Shown here piece by piece: positions 18,758 through 28,350 of a stretch of DNA of 64,000 nucleotides. The stretch is from Staphylococcus phage AH12: the sequence record OR455461.1. One strand, 5' to 3'. The notes under the pieces are model-generated. The model did not search any database, was not told the DNA's origin, and saw nothing but the letters and a program-made list of their open reading frames with translations. How positions within the stretch are numbered: the first letter of the stretch is position 1; each line of letters begins with the position of its first letter. Both the position numbers and the translations under genes were made by a program.

Positions 18758-19036
18758 TTGTCTAATAATTTATCTTCAATCGAAAAACAAATATTAGAAG
18801 CTACTGATGAAGCTCTTATTCAAGAGCAAAACATCATGCGTTTGGATGAACGTACTAAACGTAAACGTAGATTAAATCAAGCAGCATTAATTGCAGCTAA
18901 AGAAGCTCAAGATCCTATTTATTTTAAATACCAAAAAGCTTCTAGAGCACGTAGAAAATGGCGTGACTTAATTCGTCAAAAATACGCTACTAAAGCTAAA
19001 TTAAAATTAGCTGAGTATGATCACAACAAAAAATAA
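18758..19036 (+). CDS. hypothetical basic protein
   Basis: 92-aa ORF, the only plus-strand gene in this block. Followed by the hairpin terminator at 19047..19080. Confidence 0.5.
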   Translation: MSNNLSSIEKQILEATDEALIQEQNIMRLDERTKRKRRLNQAALIAAKEAQDPIYFKYQKASRARRKWRDLIRQKYATKAKLKLAEYDHNKK

Positions 19037-19046
19037 TTTATATTTA

Positions 19047-19080
19047 TCCCAATACCTATTAATACAATAGGTATTGGGAT
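19047..19080. terminator. bidirectional hairpin terminator TCCCAATACCTATT..AATAGGTATTGGGA
   Basis: 14-bp stem plus T-run. Lies between convergent genes. Confidence 0.55.
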
Positions 19081-19085
19081 TATTT

Positions 19086-19742
19086 TTATTTAAAATTTTT
19101 ATTTATTTTATATTTTTTAACTTCACTTTCAGAAAGCTCTTCAATTATATTATTTTTTCTGCTGTTAAATACATTTTCAATCTCTTGTAAATAAAATATA
19201 TTACTATCTTCTATTTCCCCATTTTTAAATAAAGATAGATTAAATGAATACATATCTCCTAAAATGGTTTTAATTTTGTTTAGAACAGAATAAACTGCGT
19301 TTTCAAAATTATCTTTATCTGTACGAACCATAACAATTTCATCCGAATATTCTATATGAAATTCTTCATTTAAATCTATTAAAGCTTTTTTAGATGCATA
19401 TAAATCATAATATACACCTAAATCTAATTTCAATTCAATATCAGAATCATTCTTAATAAATAATAAAGAAATAAAATTATTATTATCAATATCGCTTGAA
19501 AATACTAACGATACGCCATTTTCATCTAAATTATTTGAAATAAAATCTTTTATTAAAATTTTAAAATATAAGAAAAAACTGATTTCAGTATTCATTTTAA
19601 ATACATTATTTTTTCTTAAATTTACATCTTTAGAAAAATTGAAATTCAAATAATTAATTTTTAATCTATAATAAAAAGAATCATCTTTGAATCTCAATAG
19701 ATTTGTGTAATGGTTTATTAACTCATCTTTAAATTTCTTCAT
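19086..19742 (-). CDS. hypothetical protein; outlying member of C-terminal-tag family (..SESEVKKYKINKNFK)
   Basis: 218-aa ORF. Confidence 0.5.
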   Translation of the reverse strand: MKKFKDELINHYTNLLRFKDDSFYYRLKINYLNFNFSKDVNLRKNNVFKMNTEISFFLYFKILIKDFISNNLDENGVSLVFSSDIDNNNFISLLFIKNDSDIELKLDLGVYYDLYASKKALIDLNEEFHIEYSDEIVMVRTDKDNFENAVYSVLNKIKTILGDMYSFNLSLFKNGEIEDSNIFYLQEIENVFNSRKNNIIEELSESEVKKYKINKNFK

Positions 19743-19829
19743 TCAAAATTTCCCTTCAATAAATTTTTTAAATTCACTCCAATTCTAATTTTTTATATCC
19801 TAAATAACCTTTAGATTTTACATATTTTA

Positions 19830-20144
19830 TTAATTTCTAATATATGAAATTACAAATGAAATTACAAATAAAATACTCAATGCAAGAATTACTGTCAATC
19901 CAAATGTTACTATAAAGTCTAAGACAGGACTACCCAAATGGATATCTGGAAAGTTAAATATTGATTCGTTAGGAATATTATCGTCTGGTGTATGTTGTGG
20001 CATATTTGCAGGATTAGTTGGACTAGTGGGATTAGCTGGATGTAAAGGATTATTTGGACTAGCTGGGCTAGCGGGATTACTTGGATTTAAAGGGCTAGCG
20101 GGATTACTTGGATTTAAAGGGCTAGCGGGATTACTTGGATTCAT
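19830..20144 (-). CDS. small membrane-anchored protein with N-terminal Pro/Ser/Asn repeats (NPSNPASPL x3) and a C-terminal TM helix
   Basis: 104-aa ORF. 27-bp tandem DNA repeats encode the peptide repeat. Hydrophobic C-terminus VLDFIVTFGLTVILALSILFVISFVI. Confidence 0.5.
   Translation of the reverse strand: MNPSNPASPLNPSNPASPLNPSNPASPASPNNPLHPANPTSPTNPANMPQHTPDDNIPNESIFNFPDIHLGSPVLDFIVTFGLTVILALSILFVISFVISYIRN
20040..20130. repeat. 27-bp tandem repeat (about 3 copies) inside CDS 19830..20144
   Basis: TTAAAGGGCTAGCGGGATTACTTGGAT repeated head-to-tail. Encodes the PSNPASPLN peptide repeats. Confidence 0.7.
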
Positions 20145-20203
20145 TATTTATCCTCTCCTTATTTAAAGTTTAAATTCTAAGTATATTATCTAAAAATATT
20201 GAA

Positions 20204-20926
20204 TCATTCCAATTCTAATCTTTCATATCCTAAATAACCTTTAGCTTCTTGTATATTATTATACTTATTTATTAAACTAACTAAACTATGTCTTAATCTA
20301 TAATATACAGTACCTTTACATTTACTAATATTCTCATCTAAAAACATAATCCATTCGTATAATACTTTTTCATCAATTTCTTTAATTAAATTCCTATGAA
20401 TTAGATATTCTATTACAGATTGTAAATTAGGATTAAATATAATTCTATTTAATTTATTCTGATTAAATTCATCTTTAAAATTGACATATATTACATCTGA
20501 AATATACTTGGAATCGTCTTCTTTAATTTTAGTTCCTATATTAATTAATCGATTAATAAATAAATATTTATCATTAATAATCATGGTATCGGAATCTACC
20601 ATTTTAACTAATCTCTTAATTGATGCTTTTCTTAATAGACCGGTTAAAAATTTATCCTCTTTTCCATTAATTCTTATACCTTCAGATTCAAAATTGTCTA
20701 TGATATAATTTATAAATTCTTCATATTTGTTTAACTCATTTTTAGTAAATAATGTTTTATCTAAGTTATCTTTAATGTAACAACTTAAAATATTACTTTC
20801 CAGTAATAATTGAAAAGTAATAATATTCTTTGAAGATGGATCATTTAAATTAATTGTCATTAATTGATCTATACGTATACTTTCTCTATTCTTTAACTTC
20901 ACTTCTTTATTCTCTTTTACTAACAT
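20204..20926 (-). CDS. hypothetical protein
   Basis: 240-aa ORF. Confidence 0.5.
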   Translation of the reverse strand: MLVKENKEVKLKNRESIRIDQLMTINLNDPSSKNIITFQLLLESNILSCYIKDNLDKTLFTKNELNKYEEFINYIIDNFESEGIRINGKEDKFLTGLLRKASIKRLVKMVDSDTMIINDKYLFINRLINIGTKIKEDDSKYISDVIYVNFKDEFNQNKLNRIIFNPNLQSVIEYLIHRNLIKEIDEKVLYEWIMFLDENISKCKGTVYYRLRHSLVSLINKYNNIQEAKGYLGYERLELE

Positions 20927-20945
20927 GTCTCATAACCTCTTTCTT

Positions 20946-22190
20946 TTAAATAAATGTTTTCTTAACTGTATTGTGCATAATTATTTTCTTAAGTTCTCCT
21001 TTAGATTTACTAACTAAAAACCTTGGATCGTTATATTTAAATTTATCAACATTACCATAGCTAGGACTTAAAATATCTTTTATAAGTTTTTTCTTCTCTA
21101 CTGTAGTTATATTTTTATTAATTAAATCTAATAATTTAATAAAGAATTCTTCAACATTCTCATTTTCAGGTAATTTATTTTTAAATATTACACATATACG
21201 AAAAATACTATCATATTGATAATTATTGAAAAAGAATACTTTAGCTATATCATCTTTATCACCTAAGTAAGTTTCGTCATCATATTTTAAATAATTATCT
21301 ATTATATTATAAACACCTGTATCTTTTATATTTTTATTGAAAAATTTTATTCTTTCAATTAAATACTTTTTATCAAATTCTTTATATTTACTATCTTTAA
21401 CTTTATTATTAATAATATTATCCACTGTATTTTCAATATAATTTAATATATCGTTATCAGATTTTTTATATTTTTCCCCAAATACACGATACAACTCATT
21501 CATAATTAATATTTTATTACTGTATGTTTTATTTTTAGTTCCAGTATAAATATAATCAATTACAGTTTTAATAAATTTTTCCTCTTTATCTTTATTAAAA
21601 GATTTAGTATAGAATATTTTATTAAATAATTGAGTTATACCTATTTTATTAATATAATTTAAACTCATTATATGTGTATTTTCTTTAAAGAAATCCATAT
21701 CTTCATCTTTTATTAATTTGACCATATATGCAAGATCTGTTTCGTTAGAGAAGCATTCCTCTATATCAATATTAATTTTATTTAAATCATTATCATAAAT
21801 AAATTTACTGATATACATAAATTTAATTAATACATTTATATCTTTATTCATATAATAATTATCTTCCATATTTATTTCTTTAATTAAATTATCCTTTAAT
21901 ATTTCTTTTAAAGCTAAATTTTCGGTATGATAATAATTCAATATTAATGAAGCTAATATGTCACCATTTTTTAAATTATCAAGATATTTTATTTTGATAA
22001 TCTTAATATTATCATTTATTTTTACTTCTTTTGAATCTAAAATATTCAAATTTTCTATACCTTCTGTAATTGAATATCTATAGAACAAATTTGTAATAAA
22101 TTTATTAATCATATATTTATCATCTTCATTTAAATCATTATTTTTTAAATCAAATGTAAATATATCATTTAAATATAAATCTTCTATCAT
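20946..22190 (-). CDS. hypothetical protein
   Basis: 414-aa ORF. Confidence 0.5.
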   Translation of the reverse strand: MIEDLYLNDIFTFDLKNNDLNEDDKYMINKFITNLFYRYSITEGIENLNILDSKEVKINDNIKIIKIKYLDNLKNGDILASLILNYYHTENLALKEILKDNLIKEINMEDNYYMNKDINVLIKFMYISKFIYDNDLNKINIDIEECFSNETDLAYMVKLIKDEDMDFFKENTHIMSLNYINKIGITQLFNKIFYTKSFNKDKEEKFIKTVIDYIYTGTKNKTYSNKILIMNELYRVFGEKYKKSDNDILNYIENTVDNIINNKVKDSKYKEFDKKYLIERIKFFNKNIKDTGVYNIIDNYLKYDDETYLGDKDDIAKVFFFNNYQYDSIFRICVIFKNKLPENENVEEFFIKLLDLINKNITTVEKKKLIKDILSPSYGNVDKFKYNDPRFLVSKSKGELKKIIMHNTVKKTFI

Positions 22191-22220
22191 ATCTATTTCA
22201 TCTCCTTATAAATTAAAAAT

Positions 22221-22250
22221 AGTGTAATATCAAATTAATGATATTACACT
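22221..22250 (-). terminator. hairpin AGTGTAATATCA..TGATATTACACT
   Basis: 12-bp inverted repeat in intergenic gap. Confidence 0.4.
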
Positions 22251-22289
22251 CTAATTATTACATTTTTATAATATATATTTGAATCACAT

Positions 22290-24512
22290 TTATAAAAATA
22301 TATTTCTTGCTAGATATTTAGTTCTGTATTTTCTAAATTTTTTCAATACTTCATAATTCAGATCATCTTCATTATCTTTAATGAAATTATTGAAACTTCC
22401 ACTTTTAATTTTACCTTCATTATCTTTGTAAGCAAACTCTGAATTTAAGAAATATTTTGAGCTTATATTAAGCTTTTCTAAATAAAAATCATTATACGGT
22501 TGGTTGAAATTAATATTTCCGAATAATAGTAAAAGCATATTTGAAATAGATTCAGAATTACCATCTATAAATATACTTTTAATTACATTTAATGATGTTG
22601 TTTGCCCTTTATAATCTACATCATCTCTAAATAAAGAAATCATATTATTTGTACTTGCAAATTCTAATTCTTCACTTTCTTGTTTAAATCCATTAATTGA
22701 CATTAAGAATATTAATGATATATCCTCAATACTTAGATCATTATTAATAATTCTAATACTTTCAGCTACTATATTATTAGATCCAAAACCAGAAAATTTA
22801 TTAAAGTTAATTATAAAATTGTCTAGACTAACACTCATTATATTTTTATGGTCATTTTTCTTACTGTCTATTTCTTCAAAAATCTTTTTGTAATTTTTAA
22901 TTAAATAATCTCTATCAAATTCATTTATATCTTTAATGCACATTTTAGTGAAATAATCTATATTATCTAAAGAAGGAGACATCGTTATTTTCATAAAATT
23001 ATCATTTTCAAGAGAACTAATTAACTCATATGTTGAATCTTTTAATTTACTGAAATCAATATTAGTTGCGTCAATATCTATTTTTTTATTATATTTTTTA
23101 ATAACTTCAATTAAATTTCTTGTAAGATTTTCATCATGTAAATCTTTAATATAAAATTTATCTTCATTATTTGGATTCATTAAAGAATTATAAATGTTAA
23201 AAATTCTAATTTCAAAATCATCTAATTGTTCTACTTTCTCATTAGCTTTTTCATCAAGAAAATAATTGATTATATTTTCTTGATTTATATAACCTATAGA
23301 GTTTTTAATTTCACTAATAATATTAGATAATGTATTATTGTATTTTTCTTTAACTTTATTAATTGTATGACTAGAAATACTTGAATTATTATCTTTAATG
23401 GATTTTTCAATTGACTTATCTAAGACATCATTAAAACCAATTTTTATATTCTCATTAACATCTAAATTTTTATTTAATTTATTAAGAACATCATTAAATT
23501 CACTTAAAATTCTTTTATTTAAATCACTTCTTTGTCTCATGAATTCTTCTAATTCTATATTTTCATCTTTTTTAATTTCAATTACATTTCTATTTAATCT
23601 TGGTCTCAAATCAGGATATTTTAATTTTTGATCATCAATAATATTATTGATTTCATTAACTCTAATTAAATTATTTAGTAACATCATTAGATTTGCAAGA
23701 GAATAATAACTGTTTTTGTTATATCCTCTATATACACCCACAAACAATAAATATTCTAATCCAATGAAATTGTATATATCTGGTCTAAAGTCAGTAGTTT
23801 TATATACACATGTAGCTATAAATTTCATTACCTCTGGTGCATACTTATATATGATATTCATATTTGGAATAGATTCTTTTTCTATTGATTTATACCATTT
23901 TCTTCTTTCTCTAATAGATACTGTCTCATCAATACATAATATATTTTCAAAAGATAATTCAGATATTTTATTATTTTCATCAATAAAGGAATCAGATTGG
24001 AAGAATTTTATATCAGTTTCTAATCTATCTGTAATTGTATTATTATAATTTATAGACATATTTCGAAGCACAAAAGTATCTTTTAATTTAGTGCCATTAT
24101 CTAATCGTTCACCTTTATTTGTAAAAATATCCTCACGTCTATTTACATTATTTATAACATCTGAATCTCTTATTATGCTGTTATCAGCATAAGGATCTCT
24201 AAAAATAGAAATACCTTCTTCATTTTCATCCAATAATCCTTCTGTATTAATATCAGGATGCTTCATTAGAAAATCTTTATAATTTTTTCTATATTCATTA
24301 TCCCTAACCATTACTTTTTGTTTAACGTCTCCATATGAGTATCTAATAAGATTAATTAAATTTTCTTCTATTCTACTTTTCAAATTATCAGTTAAAAAAG
24401 TTCTAGTATTCGTATCTTTTCTATTGTACATAACATCTAAATCACAAAATTCTTTATTATATAAAGTTACATTAAATAATTTTTCTATCTCATCTTTTAC
24501 AAAATTTTCCAT
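22290..24512 (-). CDS. hypothetical protein
   Basis: 740-aa ORF. Confidence 0.5.
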   Translation of the reverse strand: MENFVKDEIEKLFNVTLYNKEFCDLDVMYNRKDTNTRTFLTDNLKSRIEENLINLIRYSYGDVKQKVMVRDNEYRKNYKDFLMKHPDINTEGLLDENEEGISIFRDPYADNSIIRDSDVINNVNRREDIFTNKGERLDNGTKLKDTFVLRNMSINYNNTITDRLETDIKFFQSDSFIDENNKISELSFENILCIDETVSIRERRKWYKSIEKESIPNMNIIYKYAPEVMKFIATCVYKTTDFRPDIYNFIGLEYLLFVGVYRGYNKNSYYSLANLMMLLNNLIRVNEINNIIDDQKLKYPDLRPRLNRNVIEIKKDENIELEEFMRQRSDLNKRILSEFNDVLNKLNKNLDVNENIKIGFNDVLDKSIEKSIKDNNSSISSHTINKVKEKYNNTLSNIISEIKNSIGYINQENIINYFLDEKANEKVEQLDDFEIRIFNIYNSLMNPNNEDKFYIKDLHDENLTRNLIEVIKKYNKKIDIDATNIDFSKLKDSTYELISSLENDNFMKITMSPSLDNIDYFTKMCIKDINEFDRDYLIKNYKKIFEEIDSKKNDHKNIMSVSLDNFIINFNKFSGFGSNNIVAESIRIINNDLSIEDISLIFLMSINGFKQESEELEFASTNNMISLFRDDVDYKGQTTSLNVIKSIFIDGNSESISNMLLLLFGNINFNQPYNDFYLEKLNISSKYFLNSEFAYKDNEGKIKSGSFNNFIKDNEDDLNYEVLKKFRKYRTKYLARNIFL

Positions 24513-24560
24513 ATCTTAAATATTCATCCCTTTCAATATATAAAAAATAAAATATAATAT

Positions 24561-24591
24561 GTGGTAATAGAGAAATTAATCTCCATTACCA
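24561..24591 (-). terminator. rho-independent terminator
   Basis: Stem GTGGTAATAGAG..CTCCATTACCAC followed by a U-run on the minus strand. Confidence 0.5.
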
Positions 24592-24602
24592 CATAATTAA
24601 TA

Positions 24603-26546
24603 TTAGAAACTATTACGATTATTATCTATTTCTAATTTTAGTACTTTACCTTTTGGATCGTTAACTGATAAATTTTTCTCATCTTCAGTGATAACCCAAA
24701 TAATGTCTTTTAATACACCATAATCAACTTCCGGTTCTCCAAAACCATCTGAGAAGAATAGTAAAATATCATCTTTTGTTACATTGTATTTATTTTTATT
24801 ATCATCATTATTTAAATAATTAAATACAGAACTAAAATAAGTTCCTCCTCGACCCATTACATAATTATTAAATTGGTTAGGTCTAGTTACTTCTACAACT
24901 TCTTCTACATCTGTAGAGAAGAATAATAAAACTAAATCAATCTTCATATCTTTACTGATATAATATAATTCAGCAATAATTTCTTCAATTTCATTTTTAC
25001 TCATTGAACCTGAAGTATCAATAGCTGCAAACACTTTACCTAATTTCTTACCAGGTAATGTTCCCCTTACATCATTACGATAAGGTTGTCTTCTGTTACG
25101 TCTTAAGATAGTTTTTCTAGTGTCTGCACGTTTTTTACCAACTTTAGCTTTTAAGAAATCTTGCCATTTAATTTTTGGTTTACGTTTCAGTATTTCAATT
25201 TGTTCTTTAATATGAGCTGGTGTATCACCTCTACTATTACTAACAGCATTAGTTAATAGTTCATGAAGTTGATCTTTCATTCTTTCTTCAGTAGCATCGT
25301 TTTGTAATGGATTGACATCAAATCTATCTTCATATTTTTTATTACCTTCTAATGAAGAAGACATAGTCATATTACTTCCCATATCACTAATATTTTGACC
25401 ATTACCCATTCCACCATCTTCACCTTGCATACCTTCAGAACCTTGTTGCATACTATTTTGAATCATCTGATTTAATAAGTTTGATTTCATTTCTTGAATT
25501 TTGTCAGATAAATCAGAATTATTAGATTGATCGAAATCATTATTATTACTATTATCTTTCATAGAATCTAATAAATCATTCATCTTTTCTTCAATCTCTT
25601 TTTGACTTTTAGTATCATTACTTTCTTTTTCATTATTACCATTCATTTCATCTAACTGATTCATATAATCTTGAGCCTGTTTTTCAAAGTCATCAATATC
25701 TGAATCATCAATTTTATTATTGGAAAGTTGTTTTGATAAATCATTCTTTTCCTCTATATCTTTTAATTTATCCAACATATCTTTCAACTGTTCATTTTCT
25801 TGTTCTAATGATTCTTCGCTTCTTTCATTTTGTTTCTCAGAAGCTTCTTGAATCATATCTTGAATAGATTCACCCATAGAATCAAACATGTCTTCTTCAT
25901 TATTTTCTCTATATACATCTACTAATTCTTTAATATAATAATGAGAACCATCTTTGTGATTTAATTTAAAATCTGTCTTATTAAATTTATCTTGAATATA
26001 CTTTTCAATCTTATCTACATTAGGTGCAATTTCAGGTAATACTTTTTTACTAGTATTAGCTTCACGTTTACCTAATTGGAAGTCTTCATCAATTTCAAAT
26101 ATAGATAAATCCATACCTAAATGACTTATCATTTTTAATTGTTGATCTTCTTTATTCTTTAACATTCTAAATTCAATCAAATGTCCATGAGCAACATGCA
26201 TAGCTTCATGTAGGAACATAGAAATAATTTCCTCATCTTTATCAACTGTAGTAGCTAATAGTACTGGATTAATACCAATTCTATATCCTTTATCTTCATC
26301 ATATACTGAGAATGTAGCTTCAGGTACATCAAGATCAATAATCTTTTCTACAGTCATTAACATAACTCCATAGATATCTACATCTGAAGTATATAATACA
26401 AATATACTATTCTCCATTAATTCTTTACCAAGTTTAACTAATTTTTCTTTATCATAACTTCTATCTTCTCTAATAGAATCTTGAACTTCATCAAGTATAT
26501 CTCTTCTAATAACTTTAATAGTACGTTTTTCCATTATCCAATTCAT
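24603..26546 (-). CDS. VWA-domain protein with N-terminal putative Zn-metallopeptidase-like domain (HExxH)
   Basis: HEAMHVAHGH motif near the N-terminus. Long acidic low-complexity middle. C-terminal VFAAIDTSGSMS (MIDAS-like DxSGS) of a VWA fold. Adjacent to the AAA+ ATPase gene. Confidence 0.6.
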   Translation of the reverse strand: MNWIMEKRTIKVIRRDILDEVQDSIREDRSYDKEKLVKLGKELMENSIFVLYTSDVDIYGVMLMTVEKIIDLDVPEATFSVYDEDKGYRIGINPVLLATTVDKDEEIISMFLHEAMHVAHGHLIEFRMLKNKEDQQLKMISHLGMDLSIFEIDEDFQLGKREANTSKKVLPEIAPNVDKIEKYIQDKFNKTDFKLNHKDGSHYYIKELVDVYRENNEEDMFDSMGESIQDMIQEASEKQNERSEESLEQENEQLKDMLDKLKDIEEKNDLSKQLSNNKIDDSDIDDFEKQAQDYMNQLDEMNGNNEKESNDTKSQKEIEEKMNDLLDSMKDNSNNNDFDQSNNSDLSDKIQEMKSNLLNQMIQNSMQQGSEGMQGEDGGMGNGQNISDMGSNMTMSSSLEGNKKYEDRFDVNPLQNDATEERMKDQLHELLTNAVSNSRGDTPAHIKEQIEILKRKPKIKWQDFLKAKVGKKRADTRKTILRRNRRQPYRNDVRGTLPGKKLGKVFAAIDTSGSMSKNEIEEIIAELYYISKDMKIDLVLLFFSTDVEEVVEVTRPNQFNNYVMGRGGTYFSSVFNYLNNDDNKNKYNVTKDDILLFFSDGFGEPEVDYGVLKDIIWVITEDEKNLSVNDPKGKVLKLEIDNNRNSF

Positions 26547-26576
26547 CTCCTAATATTTATAAATAAAAAAATAAAT

Positions 26577-26607
26577 AAGATAATGGAGAACTTAATCTCC
26601 ATTATCT
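26577..26607 (-). terminator. rho-independent terminator
   Basis: Stem AGATAATGGAGA..TCTCCATTATCT followed by a U-run on the minus strand. Confidence 0.5.
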
Positions 26608-26615
26608 GTATTATA

Positions 26616-28163
26616 TTATCCTAAAGAACCTGTCATTTTTTCATATAGTTTAAATGCTTCTTCACTGTATAAATCATTATCAGTAAATTTATCATATAGA
26701 ATTTGATCTGTATCTTCTGTTGATTCAGATAATCTACTAATTAATCTTACTGATGTAGCATTAGTTTCAGTTTTACCTAATAATAAAGCTTCTACTGCAA
26801 CTTGAATAACTTTCTCATCAATTAAGTCTGGATTATTTTTAAGATAGTTAATGATAGCAGTTTTCAGTGTCAATTGACGAATTGTAGATTGACCTTCAAT
26901 AACTTCAATGTGTTGTTTCAATAATTCTTTTCTTGGAGTCATTACTCCTCTATCATATTCAAATAGAATATCAGAAGGTCTTGGAAGTTTAGCTTGATTA
27001 TCAATATAGAATTTAGTAAATTTATTAGCTAAAGACATATTAATTTTACCTTCTGCAGAAATCTGTAATGCTTTTTGTTTATTACGTCTATTTTCTTCTG
27101 GACTTCCTGTTTTTAATAAGTCACTATCTTCAATAGTATATACAAGATTACTTAACATTTCCCAAGAACGAGGGTTAGTGTCATTAAAGTCAACATTCGC
27201 TTCTTTATTAGGATTGAATAAATATTCATAACTTTCTTTTTCAGTAATAAATTCTAATACAGAAGGATGAATATTTTGTTTTTCAGAATCTGGTTTATAT
27301 TGAGTTGCATATTGTACGAAACTAGTCATATCTGGTTCCATATGAATATGAAGTAAACGAGAAGATACTGCATTATCCATAGATGTTGAAGAATAGTCTG
27401 TATCTTCAAAACCAGGCATATCAGAACTTGGATTTTGTGCTAGAGCAATTTTAACATTGTCAGGTAAATAATATCCATTAACTTGACGTTCTAATAAGAA
27501 GTTCATAAGTTCAGACTGTACTTGTTGATCTGTACGAGCAATTTCATCAACAAATAAAAGCGTATAAGGTCTAGGAATTAATTCTAATACTTTACTAATA
27601 TAATAACCTTTACCTAGTTTATCTTTTAGTTCTTTACCAGTAAGTTCTTTAAAGATTTCTTCTAATTCTGATACAGATTTATTTCTTAATTCTGCATGAG
27701 TATATTTAACATTTTTAACTTTAGCTTTGTTAAATACTTTATTAACATAGTTTTCTTGAGTGTCTTCATAATATTCAACTAGATTATCTTCTTTAGAAAG
27801 ATCTTTATAAAGTTCTTTAAGTTCATCTAATTTCATATTAGCTAAATCTCTTTGAGAATATTGAACTCCACCATTAGCTTGATACTCTTTATAAGCTTCA
27901 TAAAGTCTATTTGCTTCTTTAATTTTATCCATTGGAGCATATACAACTTCATTATCTTTAGGTGAAAGCATAGGCATTGAAAGCTCACCTTCTTTTAAGT
28001 TGTTAGCTGCAATAGTAATGAAGTTCATATTTTCTTCTCTAGCAATTTCTTTGAATAATTGAGTCTTACCAATTCCTCCGTGACCGATGATATTCACCAA
28101 GTTATCCGCCTCAAAGTTTAATTTTGCTACTAATTTTACATCACTGTATTTTGTTACTGACAT
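26616..28163 (-). CDS. MoxR-like AAA+ ATPase
   Basis: Walker A GHGGIGKT, Walker B LLFVDEIAR, sensor region ..ALAQNP... A coiled-coil insertion lies between the Walker motifs. Confidence 0.6.
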   Translation of the reverse strand: MSVTKYSDVKLVAKLNFEADNLVNIIGHGGIGKTQLFKEIAREENMNFITIAANNLKEGELSMPMLSPKDNEVVYAPMDKIKEANRLYEAYKEYQANGGVQYSQRDLANMKLDELKELYKDLSKEDNLVEYYEDTQENYVNKVFNKAKVKNVKYTHAELRNKSVSELEEIFKELTGKELKDKLGKGYYISKVLELIPRPYTLLFVDEIARTDQQVQSELMNFLLERQVNGYYLPDNVKIALAQNPSSDMPGFEDTDYSSTSMDNAVSSRLLHIHMEPDMTSFVQYATQYKPDSEKQNIHPSVLEFITEKESYEYLFNPNKEANVDFNDTNPRSWEMLSNLVYTIEDSDLLKTGSPEENRRNKQKALQISAEGKINMSLANKFTKFYIDNQAKLPRPSDILFEYDRGVMTPRKELLKQHIEVIEGQSTIRQLTLKTAIINYLKNNPDLIDEKVIQVAVEALLLGKTETNATSVRLISRLSESTEDTDQILYDKFTDNDLYSEEAFKLYEKMTGSLG

Positions 28164-28350
28164 ATCTAAATCTCTCCTCTTAATTAAAAATTTTTATTTT
28201 ATATTTGAGAATTAAGTCTAATAATAACTCATTCTCAATAAAATAATATATATTTAAAATATTATTTGAAAATTCTAATTTTTTATCTATATCGATAAAT
28301 GCTTTAACAACCATTTATTATAACAATAAAATGAACGGAAGTGAAATTAA

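Noticed and set aside
28240-28300. Sigma70-like -35/-10 boxes (TTGAAA..17..TATATC) upstream of 28351
   Set aside because: In DNA this AT-rich such matches are expected by chance. The phage probably uses its own RNAP with a different promoter, so it is not reported as a promoter.
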